Positions 10,801-18,446 of a stretch of 64,000 nucleotides of DNA are shown here, piece after piece. Below the pieces are notes generated by a model. The model saw nothing but the letters and a program-made list of their open reading frames with translations, was not told the DNA's origin and did no database searches. The stretch covers positions 4,210 to 68,209 of the forward strand of contig JAFYHU010000053.1 of assembly GCA_017538965.1 (NCBI GenBank), in the 5' to 3' direction. A program made the translations under genes and the position numbers. Source of the stretch: Oscillospiraceae bacterium. GTDB taxonomy: Bacteria; Bacillota; Clostridia; Oscillospirales; Oscillospiraceae. Numbering within the stretch: the first letter of the stretch is position 1; each line of letters begins with the position of its first letter.

Positions 10801-10903
10801 CCCGGTCGTACCGACTCCTCAAAATACAACTCCAGTGCCGTCCGTTGCTCCGGTGCAAACTGCTTCCGAAAACTCGGTTCCGGAAAACACTGAAGAAGGC
10901 TGA
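7802..10903 (+). CDS. large secreted surface protein: BspA-type LRR, YD-like repeats, Thr/Lys-rich repeats, Cys-rich modules, decapeptide tandem repeats
   Basis: Signal peptide MKKIRKLLALTLVFCMMTALGVWNTSAQA. LRR_5-like segment VIIDERVLTISNEAFKDFEYLRSVVFPSTLKKIAANSFENCEKLKRIEV. YD-like units such as TYDKAGRPIRIIEHLADGRTI and YDKDGWPVKE. Cys-rich modules ATCEEPAYEIYRCKGCGYEFKKEVGEPLGHDYEL. C-terminal KTDLPAADTG repeats. Confidence 0.8.
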   Translation: MKKIRKLLALTLVFCMMTALGVWNTSAQADWYTVTFNQVDNRKFEGVPTGVTPTAAAASQKTVIGSSSNLTNVGQIEYYYNAGAETLIISGWGEMPGFDKEHPAPWFREARWAKRVIIDERVLTISNEAFKDFEYLRSVVFPSTLKKIAANSFENCEKLKRIEVVINVDDAKTLVRESESKELEKAEIVRVTRDAVLKEIEWLTTYWVGDWEEITYDKAGRPIRIIEHLADGRTIDTRIKYLNPATAANQAKNANTAERYYSVKTTKSGDKTAAELEKTEYGQNLVKGGYELNKDGRQVKGVEITQNGTDSNKRVLYKAKYNADGSGTKEWVETELEKGTLNAITEYTTETVDKNDKVKSAETLYLDANGVLRGYAKTENDYNKDGNKTKTDYYQVDEAGAKTAEGSTSYDYDPATKRLTGKTDTYTEYPAQNKSKKTETTSEYGYDSKGNVSTVKETVTNTEKNGSTTTTKTTETTTSYQYTDKGLKKASTEKVTYVESGNTKETTTTYDKNERPVKEESTTKNSAGDILQTVTNEISYNSDHVISKSVKTIEDASGTHTVTTNYDKDGWPVKETTEEKDEDGNPTGSITNSYTYNEDGMLTSSTQVVKDDQGNTKKTIKEETKYDSLGRVLKYTQTTTEGDKTKSTSTTKSYDSDGRIITEDYETLENETKTGSKATYTYNKDGSYTKKITDLEETATQTSEYDDTGRITKETLVEKDADGNKTGTETTYTYDEDGTPHTETRNLTEEELSNLKSAPKMMLMSFRAASDEACEGICEETCEETCEETCEKPDYELTGTEEATCEEPAYEIYRCKGCGYEFKKEVGEPLGHDYELKETIAATETDPAYEIYICKRCKDEISKPVTEEDNEDAAEQKDQVSADSGKKEDTPADTGKKAGETPTGTETKDAQATDIDKTDLPAADTGKTDVPAADIGKTDLPAADIGNKAAPVADPAKTDIPAADPAKTDVPAADTGNKAAPAADTGNKAAPADPKPANQIPVVPTPQNTTPVPSVAPVQTASENSVPENTEEG
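10541..10777 (+). repeat. about eight tandem 30-nt coding repeats (D-x-G-K-T-D-x-P-A-A decapeptide)
   Basis: Units such as gacatcggcaagacggatctgccggctgca recur head to tail with a 30-nt period inside the 7802-10903 CDS. Confidence 0.85.
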
Positions 10904-10926
10904 ACAAAGAAATAACTCAAACACAC

Positions 10927-10956
10927 GGGGCTGCCGGGAACGGCAGCTCCGTTTTT
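10927..10956 (+). terminator. rho-independent terminator
   Basis: Stem ggggctgccg / cggcagctcc with loop ggaa, followed by ttttt. Confidence 0.65.
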
Positions 10957-11046
10957 CAACATTTCTCCGATTAAAAATCTCACATTCTTCTGATTTAATT
11001 CTTCACAATACTCCGATTTATGCCAATAGAGCTGCAGATCAGCATC

Positions 11047-11074
11047 TTGACAAAACGAAAAAAGTTCGTATAAT
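11047..11074 (+). promoter_or_regulatory. sigma-70-like promoter upstream of higB2/higA2
   Basis: TTGACA (11047-11052), a 16-nt spacer, then TATAAT (11069-11074). Confidence 0.55.
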
Positions 11075-11117
11075 AAGTTATGGGAACCCCTTAAATTTAG
11101 GGTAACAAGGTGATGAA

Positions 11118-11477
11118 ATGACACGGGAATTTGTATGGACAACAGCTTTTCTTGCGGGATGGAATCGCTGTGGCTTTGACACACAAGATGATCTGGTACG
11201 TCTGGAAGACGCTTTGCTTGAAGACCCAAAGGCCGGAAAAGTAATTCAAGGAACCGGCGGTGCCAGAAAATATCGTTTTGCATTCGAAGATCAGGGAAAA
11301 AGCGGTTCTGCCCGTATCATCTATGTTGATTTTGAGATTGGAGAAAAGATCTGCGGTCTGGCCGCATATGCAAAATCGGATAAAGGAAATCTCACGGAAG
11401 CGGAAAAAAAGACCATCAAAAAGTTGATTGATACCATCGAACCGTATTACAACAAGCCGCATGGAAAGGAGGAATGA
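11118..11477 (+). CDS. higB: type II toxin, HigB-2 / RelE-like family
   Basis: EDPKAGKVIQGTGGARKYRFAFEDQGKSGSARIIYVDF closely matches my recollection of V. cholerae HigB-2 (LNPKLGDVIQGTGGLRKIRVA..GKGKRGGSRIIYYF). The gene order is toxin first. Confidence 0.85.
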   Translation: MTREFVWTTAFLAGWNRCGFDTQDDLVRLEDALLEDPKAGKVIQGTGGARKYRFAFEDQGKSGSARIIYVDFEIGEKICGLAAYAKSDKGNLTEAEKKTIKKLIDTIEPYYNKPHGKEE

Positions 11478-11480
11478 GCC

Positions 11481-11795
11481 ATGGATTCTGTTTACAATGA
11501 TATTATGGATTCCCTGAATGAGCTGCTTGATGCTGCACAGGGAAAAGAAACCGGGATTGTTGTTCATCCCCGTACTGTGAAAGAAGTGGATTCTTTTTCT
11601 CCGCAACAGATTAAGAAAGTCCGCGTAGACGCGCATATGACACAAAAGACCTTTGCCGCCTGCATCGGTGTATCTGCAAAGTCTGTCGAAGCATGGGAGG
11701 GCGGCCGTTCCCGCCCGGACGGTGCAGCCCGCAGGATACTCGGCCTGATGAGAGATCATCCGAATTTTGCAGAGAATATGGGAATTTATACCTGA
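11481..11795 (+). CDS. higA: HigA-2-like HTH (XRE) antitoxin
   Basis: KKVRVDAHMTQKTFAACIGVSAKSVEAWEGGRSRPDGAARRILGLMRDHPNF shows the HigA-2 pattern (..NWEQGRR.P.G.A..LL..I...P). It starts 4 nt after the toxin stop. Confidence 0.85.
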   Translation: MDSVYNDIMDSLNELLDAAQGKETGIVVHPRTVKEVDSFSPQQIKKVRVDAHMTQKTFAACIGVSAKSVEAWEGGRSRPDGAARRILGLMRDHPNFAENMGIYT

Positions 11796-12024
11796 AGATT
11801 TCTGCGCTCAACTGCATTTCAGACGCAGAGTCCTGCTTTTCCCGCCGGAAACAGCAGTTCCGCGGATTTGGCAAGCAAATACTAAGAATCTGTTAAGTTA
11901 AGAAAAATTTATTATTAAAGATTGCAAGCCGCGCTTGTCATTAAGCGCGGCTTGGTATATAATGGGCACGGAATTATGCCCTAAAGTTACGCATTTTTAC
12001 CGATTTCAGGCAAAAAGGAAACAA

Positions 12025-12954
12025 ATGATGAAGGAAAAGTTGCAGGAGACAAGCGAATCGGGCAATTCCGAGATGAAACGGCAGCGCAGGCGCGCCCGCA
12101 TGCGGGATTTCGGACAGAGTCTGTGTTTCCTTTCCCCGAGCCTTCTGGGCGTCGGCGTCTTCTTCATCGTTCCCTTCTTTGTCGTGGTGTACTATTCCCT
12201 GATCGACGGGGTCGGCTCGCGCAACTTCGTCTACCTGGACAACTATGTCAGGCTGTTCCACAACAGCGCGTTTCAGACCGCCGCGAAGAATACCCTGCAG
12301 TTCTCGGTGATCGCGGTGCCGCTGGCCGTGGTGCTGCCGATCCTGCTGGCGCTGATGCTGGAAGCGCGCATCCCGATGAAAAGCCAGTTCCGGACATTCT
12401 TCCTGAGTCCGATGATGGTGCCGGTGGCGTCGGTGGTGCTGATCTGGCAGGTGCTGTTCAACTACAACGGCACGATCAACGAGTTCCTGATGGTTTTCGG
12501 CGCGGACCGGATCGACTGGCTGCAGAGCGACTACTGCCAGATCGTGGTCATGATCCTCTTCCTCTGGAAGACGCTGGGCTACAACATGATTCTGTTCATG
12601 GCAGGCCTGGCCAACATCCCGAAGGAGCTGCTCGAGGTTGCCGACGTGGAAGGCGCGGGGGAAGTCTACAAGTTCTTCGCCATCAAGCTGCGCTATCTCT
12701 CGCCGACCGTTCTGTTCGTGACCATCCTCTCGCTCATCAACTCCTTCAAGGTCTTCCGCGAGGTGTACCTGCTGACGGGCGACTATCCCTATGAGAAGCT
12801 GTATATGCTGCAGCACTTCATGAACAACACCTTCCGCTCGCTGGATTACCAGAAGCTGTCGTCCGCGGCGGTCGTCATGGCGATTGTCATGGTGGTGCTG
12901 ATCGCCCTCCTGTTCAAGGCCGAGGACTGGTTCGGAAAGGACGTGGAGGGATGA
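12025..12954 (+). CDS. carbohydrate ABC transporter permease (MalF/UgpA-like)
   Basis: Start trimmed to ATG 12025 (RBS aaaggaa). Six-TM permease pattern, with an EAA-loop region ELLEVADVEGAGEVYKFFAIKLRYLSP. Confidence 0.85.
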   Translation: MMKEKLQETSESGNSEMKRQRRRARMRDFGQSLCFLSPSLLGVGVFFIVPFFVVVYYSLIDGVGSRNFVYLDNYVRLFHNSAFQTAAKNTLQFSVIAVPLAVVLPILLALMLEARIPMKSQFRTFFLSPMMVPVASVVLIWQVLFNYNGTINEFLMVFGADRIDWLQSDYCQIVVMILFLWKTLGYNMILFMAGLANIPKELLEVADVEGAGEVYKFFAIKLRYLSPTVLFVTILSLINSFKVFREVYLLTGDYPYEKLYMLQHFMNNTFRSLDYQKLSSAAVVMAIVMVVLIALLFKAEDWFGKDVEG

Positions 12955-13835
12955 AGAGGAAGAAAAAAAAGAAGTATTTCTCGCGCGGCGTGATGTTCTT
13001 CCTCTGCCTGGTGTTCTCGGTGATGTTTCTGCTGCCGACGGTCCTGACGATCACGAACTCGTTCATGTCCGAGACGGAGATCAAGGCCAACTACGGCATG
13101 ATCTTCGCGACCACGCAGGGCGGCTACGTCTCGAAGACGGTCAACCTCAAGTTCATCCCCGACAAGGTCACCCTGTCGCAGTACATCACGGGGCTCATCA
13201 AGTCGCCGGACTATCTGCTGAAACTGTGGAACAGCATCCTGCTGGTCGTGCCGATCGTGATTCTGCAGGTGTCGGTCGCCTCGGTCGCGGCCTACAGCTT
13301 CACGCGCTGGCGCGGAAAAATCCGCAGCGGACTCTTCTTTTTCTACGTCATCCTGATGCTGATGCCCTATCAGGTGACGCTGGTGCCGAACTATCTGATC
13401 AGCAGCTGGCTGGGCATCCTGAACACCCGCTGGAGCATCATCCTGCCGGGCATGTTCGCCCCCTTTTCGGTCTTCCTGCTGACGAAGTTCATGCGCCGCA
13501 TCCCCTATTCGCTGATCGAGGCGGCCAAGGTGGACGGCGCGGGTGAGTGGGAGATCTTTACGAAAATCTGCCTGCCGGAATGCCGGTCGGCGCTCTATTC
13601 GATTGCCATTCTGGTTTTCATCGACTACTGGAACATGGTCGAGCAGCCCCTCATCCTGCTGCAGGATGCGGACGCGCAGCCGCTGTCGGTGTTTCTTTCG
13701 CAGATCAACGCCGGCGAAATCGGCCTTGCCTTCGCCATGGCCACGGTCTATATGATCCCGTCGCTGCTGCTGTTCCTGCACGGCGAGGAGTATCTGGTCG
13801 AGGGTATCGCGAATTCCGGAAGCGTCAAGGGCTGA
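12951..13835 (+). CDS. carbohydrate ABC transporter permease (MalG/UgpE-like)
   Basis: ATGA overlap with the preceding permease. EAA loop SLIEAAKVDGAGEWEIFTKICLP. Confidence 0.85.
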   Translation: MKRKKKKKYFSRGVMFFLCLVFSVMFLLPTVLTITNSFMSETEIKANYGMIFATTQGGYVSKTVNLKFIPDKVTLSQYITGLIKSPDYLLKLWNSILLVVPIVILQVSVASVAAYSFTRWRGKIRSGLFFFYVILMLMPYQVTLVPNYLISSWLGILNTRWSIILPGMFAPFSVFLLTKFMRRIPYSLIEAAKVDGAGEWEIFTKICLPECRSALYSIAILVFIDYWNMVEQPLILLQDADAQPLSVFLSQINAGEIGLAFAMATVYMIPSLLLFLHGEEYLVEGIANSGSVKG

Positions 13836-13872
13836 TAACAGGGAACCGGAACGGTTCCCGAGGAGATATCAT

Positions 13873-15816
13873 ATGAACGAACAGCCGAAAAACAGAGAAT
13901 GGGTAAAGAACGCCGCGATTGTATTTCTCTCGGTGATTCTTGTGCTGACCTTTTTCTCGAATACCATCATGAACCGCAGCCTCCCCGAGGCGGCGACGCA
14001 GGAAGTCGTGGACGGCAGCATCGTGTCCAAGGTACGCGGCACCGGCACCGTCACGGCAACCGGCAACCACCAGGTGAAGATGGAAAAGACCCGCGTCATC
14101 CGCAGCGTGCTGGTGAAAGCCGGCCAGGAAGTCGCGGCCGGCGACGTGCTGTTCACCCTCGGCGAAGGCAGCAGCGATGAAATTGCTGAAGCCGAATTAA
14201 AGGTTCATAGCCTGCAGAGCTCATACAACCGCCAAGCGGCTACCAGCGGAGTATATTCCTATTCAGCCGCGGAAAACAACCTGAGTATTCTTGGTGATAG
14301 GCTGGATGAAGCAACAGAAGCAATGCTCATTGCAAAAGAGGAAGCAGAAAAAGAAGTTCAAGATCAGGAACAACTTGAAGTTATAAAAGAAAAGTTGGAA
14401 AAAGCGATTAAAGCACGTGACGAAGCAAAAGATCATTATGATCAAGTGGTTATTGAACAAGCGGGATATGAAGAACTGCAATCTCTAAAAGAAGCATTGG
14501 CAGATATCTATACAGACCTTGTAACTCAAGGATTGATTGACGGAGATCTTGTGGAATCTACTTATCTTTCAGAAAGAGAAATCATTCTTGAACAGATAAC
14601 AAGAGATGAAAAGGAACTGATGGATCTGGGAAGCCTAGAAGATCCTGCATCAACAACAGATATAGAAGAATTAAGGGCACAGGCAGCACAAGCTCGGTTA
14701 GATGCGGAAGCCCTAAGAGATGAAGGCAGGGATGAAGAAGCTGTCCTTAAAGAACAAGAAGCTGAAGATTTAGAAGCATCAATTGCCGAATATGAGGAAA
14801 AGCAGATAGAATATGAGGAAAAGACAGAAATAGAAGAAGAGCTTAAAGGCAAAATAGAGATATTGAAAGACGCACTGGCAGAGCATGATAGGATACAAAG
14901 AGAGGTATATGACACAGAACAGAAAAATGAAAAAGTAAATGCAGCAAAAAACGAGTATGAATCATCACTGGAAGATGTGGACAGATGGAGTGAGGCACTT
15001 AATTCTATTTTGAGTTATGCTACCGATGGGTACTACAACGAAGTCTATAAAAATAAGCTGGAAGCCTATAGACAGGCAAATATCAACTATCAGGATGCAC
15101 GCGATGCTTTAGATCGAAGAAAAGCGGAAGATGCCCAATCGCAGGCTGCGAAAGGCGTTGACCTCAACCAGATAAAGTACGAAATAGAGGCAGCCAAGAA
15201 GAAATTGGATGAGTTAACGGGCGAAGATGGTGCAATTATTACTGCCAAGGTGGCGGGCACGGTGACTTCGGTCGAGTGTACCGCGGGCGACAAGAAGATG
15301 AAGGACGATGTCCTCTGCACGATTGAAGTCCCCGATATGGGCTATACCATGTCCTTCTCGGTGACCAACGAGCAGGCCAGCCGCCTGCGCATCGGCGATC
15401 AGGCGACTGTATCGAACTTCTACTGGGGCAACGAGGTCACGGCCACCCTCAGCAGCATCAAGACCGACCCCAAGAAGGCTCAGAGCAACAAGCTGCTGAC
15501 CTTCGACCTCGAGGGCAACGTGACGACCGGCTCGGAGCTGACCATCTCGGTCGGACAGAAGAGCGCCAACTATGACCTGATCGTCCCGAGCAGCGCGATC
15601 CGCTCGGACGCCAACGGCAGCTTCGTTCTGAAGGTCGAGGCGAAGAACTCGCCGCTGGGCAACCGCTATATCGCCAAGCGCGTGCCGGTCGAAGTGCTGG
15701 CGAGCGACGACAACAACTCGGCCGTGACCGCCGAGCTGCAATACGGCGACTATGTCATCACGACCAGCAGCGCGCCCATCAAGAGCGGCTCGATGGTGCG
15801 CCTTGCCAGCTCGTAA
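13873..15816 (+). CDS. HlyD/MFP-family periplasmic adaptor with a very long coiled-coil insert
   Basis: N-terminal TM segment, then a lipoyl-like hairpin VRGTGTVTATGNHQVKMEKTRVIRSVLVKAGQEVAAGDVLFTL. A Glu/Lys-rich coiled coil of roughly 350 aa follows. The second lipoyl half is ITAKVAGTVTSVECTAGDKKMKDDVLCTI, followed by a beta-barrel C-terminus. Confidence 0.7.
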   Translation: MNEQPKNREWVKNAAIVFLSVILVLTFFSNTIMNRSLPEAATQEVVDGSIVSKVRGTGTVTATGNHQVKMEKTRVIRSVLVKAGQEVAAGDVLFTLGEGSSDEIAEAELKVHSLQSSYNRQAATSGVYSYSAAENNLSILGDRLDEATEAMLIAKEEAEKEVQDQEQLEVIKEKLEKAIKARDEAKDHYDQVVIEQAGYEELQSLKEALADIYTDLVTQGLIDGDLVESTYLSEREIILEQITRDEKELMDLGSLEDPASTTDIEELRAQAAQARLDAEALRDEGRDEEAVLKEQEAEDLEASIAEYEEKQIEYEEKTEIEEELKGKIEILKDALAEHDRIQREVYDTEQKNEKVNAAKNEYESSLEDVDRWSEALNSILSYATDGYYNEVYKNKLEAYRQANINYQDARDALDRRKAEDAQSQAAKGVDLNQIKYEIEAAKKKLDELTGEDGAIITAKVAGTVTSVECTAGDKKMKDDVLCTIEVPDMGYTMSFSVTNEQASRLRIGDQATVSNFYWGNEVTATLSSIKTDPKKAQSNKLLTFDLEGNVTTGSELTISVGQKSANYDLIVPSSAIRSDANGSFVLKVEAKNSPLGNRYIAKRVPVEVLASDDNNSAVTAELQYGDYVITTSSAPIKSGSMVRLASS

Positions 15817-15819
15817 GAC

Positions 15820-16908
15820 ATGGGCAGAGAGAAGAAGAAAAAGAAACTGAGCAAGCAGCAGATGACCCTGCTGCTTCTCTGCGTTGTGCTGGCGGCGCTG
15901 GCCGGCGCCTGCTGGCTGGCGTGGTGGCGCCTGTCGAAGATGCTGCCGGCGCAGCAGGAGGCCGAGCGCTGGCAGGGGGACAGCGACATGCCCTACAAGC
16001 AGATCTCGTGCTTTCTGCCGATGGACGAACAGATCACGCTCGAGCAGATCGGCACCTTCCGGAAGGACGCCATGAGCAAGCTGAAGGCGAGCTCGCTGGA
16101 TATCACCGGCGAGGAAACCCTGATGCTGGACTGCTGGAGCACGACCGGGAAGGTCAATGTCGCCGGGAACCACGGAAAGGGCGAGGCGTCGGTCACCGCG
16201 GTCGGCGGCAACTACTTCGACTTTCACCCGATCCGCCTCATCAACGGGGACTATCTGCACCCGGACGACCTGATGGAGGACCGGGTGCTTCTGGATGAAG
16301 AGCTCTCGTGGCTGCTCTTCGGCGGGACCAGCCTGCAGGGCCTGACGATCAAGATCAACGGCCTTCCCTATGTGGTGGCCGGCGTGATCGAGCGCGAGCA
16401 GGACTTCGCCAGCAAAAAGGCCTATACCGAGGAACTGGGCATGTTCATGTCCTACGAGGGACTGCGGGACCTGAACGAGGAGCTCAAAATCAACTGCTAC
16501 GAATACGTCCTTGCCAACCCCGTCAAGGACTTCGCGGTCAACATCGCGAAAGAGAAATTCCCGATCGGGCGGGGCGTGATCGTGAACAACACGGACCGCT
16601 ATACCGTCAAAAACCTGACCGACATTCTGCGGCAGTACGGCAGCCGCAGCACCCAGAGCACCGGCGTGCTGTTCCCCTACTGGGAGAATGCCGCCCGCAT
16701 CACCGAGGACTGGGCGGCGCTGTGCTGCCTGCTGGGCATTCTGCTTCCCATTGTCCCCGTGATCACCGCAGCGACGGTCACCGTGAGGGCCCTGAAACGC
16801 GGAAAGAAGAAAATGGAGGAGAAAATCCTGCCCGAGGCGAAGGAAAAAGCCGAAGAGGCCGTCCGGGTGCAGCAGCGGAAACGCTGGGAAAAGAAACACG
16901 GGGAATAA
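15820..16908 (+). CDS. MacB-periplasmic-core-domain-like membrane protein (no FtsX/ATPase part seen)
   Basis: A Lys-rich N-terminus and TM helix, an extracytoplasmic domain of ~270 aa (VGGNYFDFHPIRLINGDYL, LPYVVAGVIE) resembling MacB_PCD, a second TM helix and a charged tail. Confidence 0.5.
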   Translation: MGREKKKKKLSKQQMTLLLLCVVLAALAGACWLAWWRLSKMLPAQQEAERWQGDSDMPYKQISCFLPMDEQITLEQIGTFRKDAMSKLKASSLDITGEETLMLDCWSTTGKVNVAGNHGKGEASVTAVGGNYFDFHPIRLINGDYLHPDDLMEDRVLLDEELSWLLFGGTSLQGLTIKINGLPYVVAGVIEREQDFASKKAYTEELGMFMSYEGLRDLNEELKINCYEYVLANPVKDFAVNIAKEKFPIGRGVIVNNTDRYTVKNLTDILRQYGSRSTQSTGVLFPYWENAARITEDWAALCCLLGILLPIVPVITAATVTVRALKRGKKKMEEKILPEAKEKAEEAVRVQQRKRWEKKHGE

Positions 16909-16923
16909 AAAGCAAAAAAACCG

Positions 16924-16960
16924 GCGGGAATCCAGATATTGGATTCCCGCCCGCATTTTT
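16924..16960 (+). terminator. rho-independent terminator
   Basis: Stem gcgggaatcca / tggattcccgc with a 5-nt loop, and a T-tract shortly after. Confidence 0.55.
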
Positions 16961-17076
16961 GACAGTTGTGTTTGTTTTTTGATTGTGTTTTTGACATTTT
17001 CTTCGTTTTTCTCATTGATTATTTGACAGGAATGGCATATACTAAGGGCAAACCGGGAAAATGGAGGCTGCTTTCC

Positions 17077-18426
17077 ATGGAATTGACCCGCAAATGCGAG
17101 GAACAGATCCGCGACTGGCTTCGGCAGGATCATCAAAAAGCGCTGCTTGTGGATGGGGCTCGTCAGGTCGGAAAGACACATACCATCCGCCGCGTCCTGT
17201 CATCCGAAAACCAGGATTATGTTGAATTCAATCTTTTGCAATTGCCTGAACTGGTCCCACTCCTTCAGCAGGCCAGGACAGTTGATGAGCTGGTGCTTGG
17301 TTTTTCGGTTTTTACTTCCCATGCTTTTATAAAAAAACAGACGATTATCTTCATTGACGAAGTTCAGTGTGATAAAGAAATGGTTTCGAGGATTAAATTC
17401 CTGGTTGACGATGGCAGCTATCGGTTTATCTTAAGCGGTTCCTTGCTTGGCATCGAAATCACAAACCTTCTCTCCGCTCCTGTCGGATACCTGCGTATCC
17501 TCAAAATGTATCCTCTGGACTTTGAGGAATTCCTGCAGACTGCGTCTGTCTCTGCGGATCTGATCGAGTATCTTCACAACTGCTTTCTCCGGCGCGAGAC
17601 GGTTATGGCATCTGTCCATGACAAGCTGATGAACCTGTATCGGCAATATCTTGCCATCGGGGGGATGCCGGAAGCGGTTTCATACTATGCAGATCATTAT
17701 AATCTGAACGGCATTCTTCAGATTCACCGGGATATCACGGCGCTGTACAAGCTGGACTTCACCCAGTATGAAGCAGAGAATAAACGCCTTATTCTAAGCA
17801 ACATTTATGACAGCATTCCTTCACAGCTGTTGAAGCAGAACCGCCGCTTTATGCTCAGCGATCTGAAAAAGGGTCTGCATTATGAACGGGTGGAAAGCTC
17901 TTTCCTCTGGCTGAAAGCCGCTGGGGTTACGTTGACTGCTTACAATGCAACGGAACCCCGTCTCCCTCTGAAATTAAATGAAAAGAGCAGTCTTTTCAAG
18001 CTGTATCTTGCAGATGTAGGGATGCTTACTTCTTCCTATGGGATGAGCACAAAACGGCAGCTTCTTACAAAAGACAGCCGCTTCAACGCCGGAGGTATTT
18101 ATGAAAATGCCGTTGCGCAGGAGCTGTCTGCCAAAGGGTTTCGCCTGTACTATTATAATTCCACGCGAATCGGAGAGCTTGATTTTGTCGTGGAATATGG
18201 AGGAAACGTCCTTCCCATCGAGGTCAAAAGCGGAAAGGACTATACGATCCATTCGGCACTGTCTTCTGTGATGCGGAATGAACAGTATCAAATAGAGGAA
18301 GCTTTTGTTTTCGCAGACTGTAATATCAGCTCCTCCGGCAGGATCATTTACTATCCGGTCTATATGACCATGTTCCTGGAAGCAGAAGAAAATGATCCCG
18401 GTCTTCTTCAAAAAATCGTCCTGTGA
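17077..18426 (+). CDS. AAA+ ATPase of the AAA_14/DUF4143 type
   Basis: Start trimmed to ATG 17077 (GGAGG 9 nt upstream). Walker A is DGARQVGKTH and Walker B is IIFIDEVQ. The C-terminal ELDFVVEYGGNVLPIEVKSG is a restriction-endonuclease-like DUF4143 signature. Composition is visibly lower in GC than the flanks. Confidence 0.8.
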   Translation: MELTRKCEEQIRDWLRQDHQKALLVDGARQVGKTHTIRRVLSSENQDYVEFNLLQLPELVPLLQQARTVDELVLGFSVFTSHAFIKKQTIIFIDEVQCDKEMVSRIKFLVDDGSYRFILSGSLLGIEITNLLSAPVGYLRILKMYPLDFEEFLQTASVSADLIEYLHNCFLRRETVMASVHDKLMNLYRQYLAIGGMPEAVSYYADHYNLNGILQIHRDITALYKLDFTQYEAENKRLILSNIYDSIPSQLLKQNRRFMLSDLKKGLHYERVESSFLWLKAAGVTLTAYNATEPRLPLKLNEKSSLFKLYLADVGMLTSSYGMSTKRQLLTKDSRFNAGGIYENAVAQELSAKGFRLYYYNSTRIGELDFVVEYGGNVLPIEVKSGKDYTIHSALSSVMRNEQYQIEEAFVFADCNISSSGRIIYYPVYMTMFLEAEENDPGLLQKIVL

Positions 18427-18446
18427 CATGAAGAGGTTTGTTTCCC

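Noticed and set aside
4252-10903. That the two YD-repeat proteins are classical Rhs/polymorphic toxin cassettes, or that the TIR gene is Thoeris ThsB.
   Set aside because: Neither protein ends in a recognisable PxxxxDPxGL-delimited C-terminal toxin domain, and no small immunity gene follows. No ThsA (SIR2 or Macro plus SLOG) gene is nearby, and the TIR is membrane-tethered.
10354-10924. Several minus-strand ORFs (135-174 aa) within the decapeptide tandem-repeat region.
   Set aside because: They are repeat-generated antisense frames with periodic low-complexity products, and they lie entirely inside a well-supported plus-strand CDS.
12955-12975. An A8 tract at the 5' end of the second sugar permease gene (MKRKKKKKY), and similar Lys-codon runs at 15826-15845, considered as possible slipped-strand phase-variation sites.
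   Set aside because: The runs are short and interrupted by G. They encode plausible positively charged cytoplasmic N-termini preceding TM helices. There is no evidence of frameshifted alternatives.
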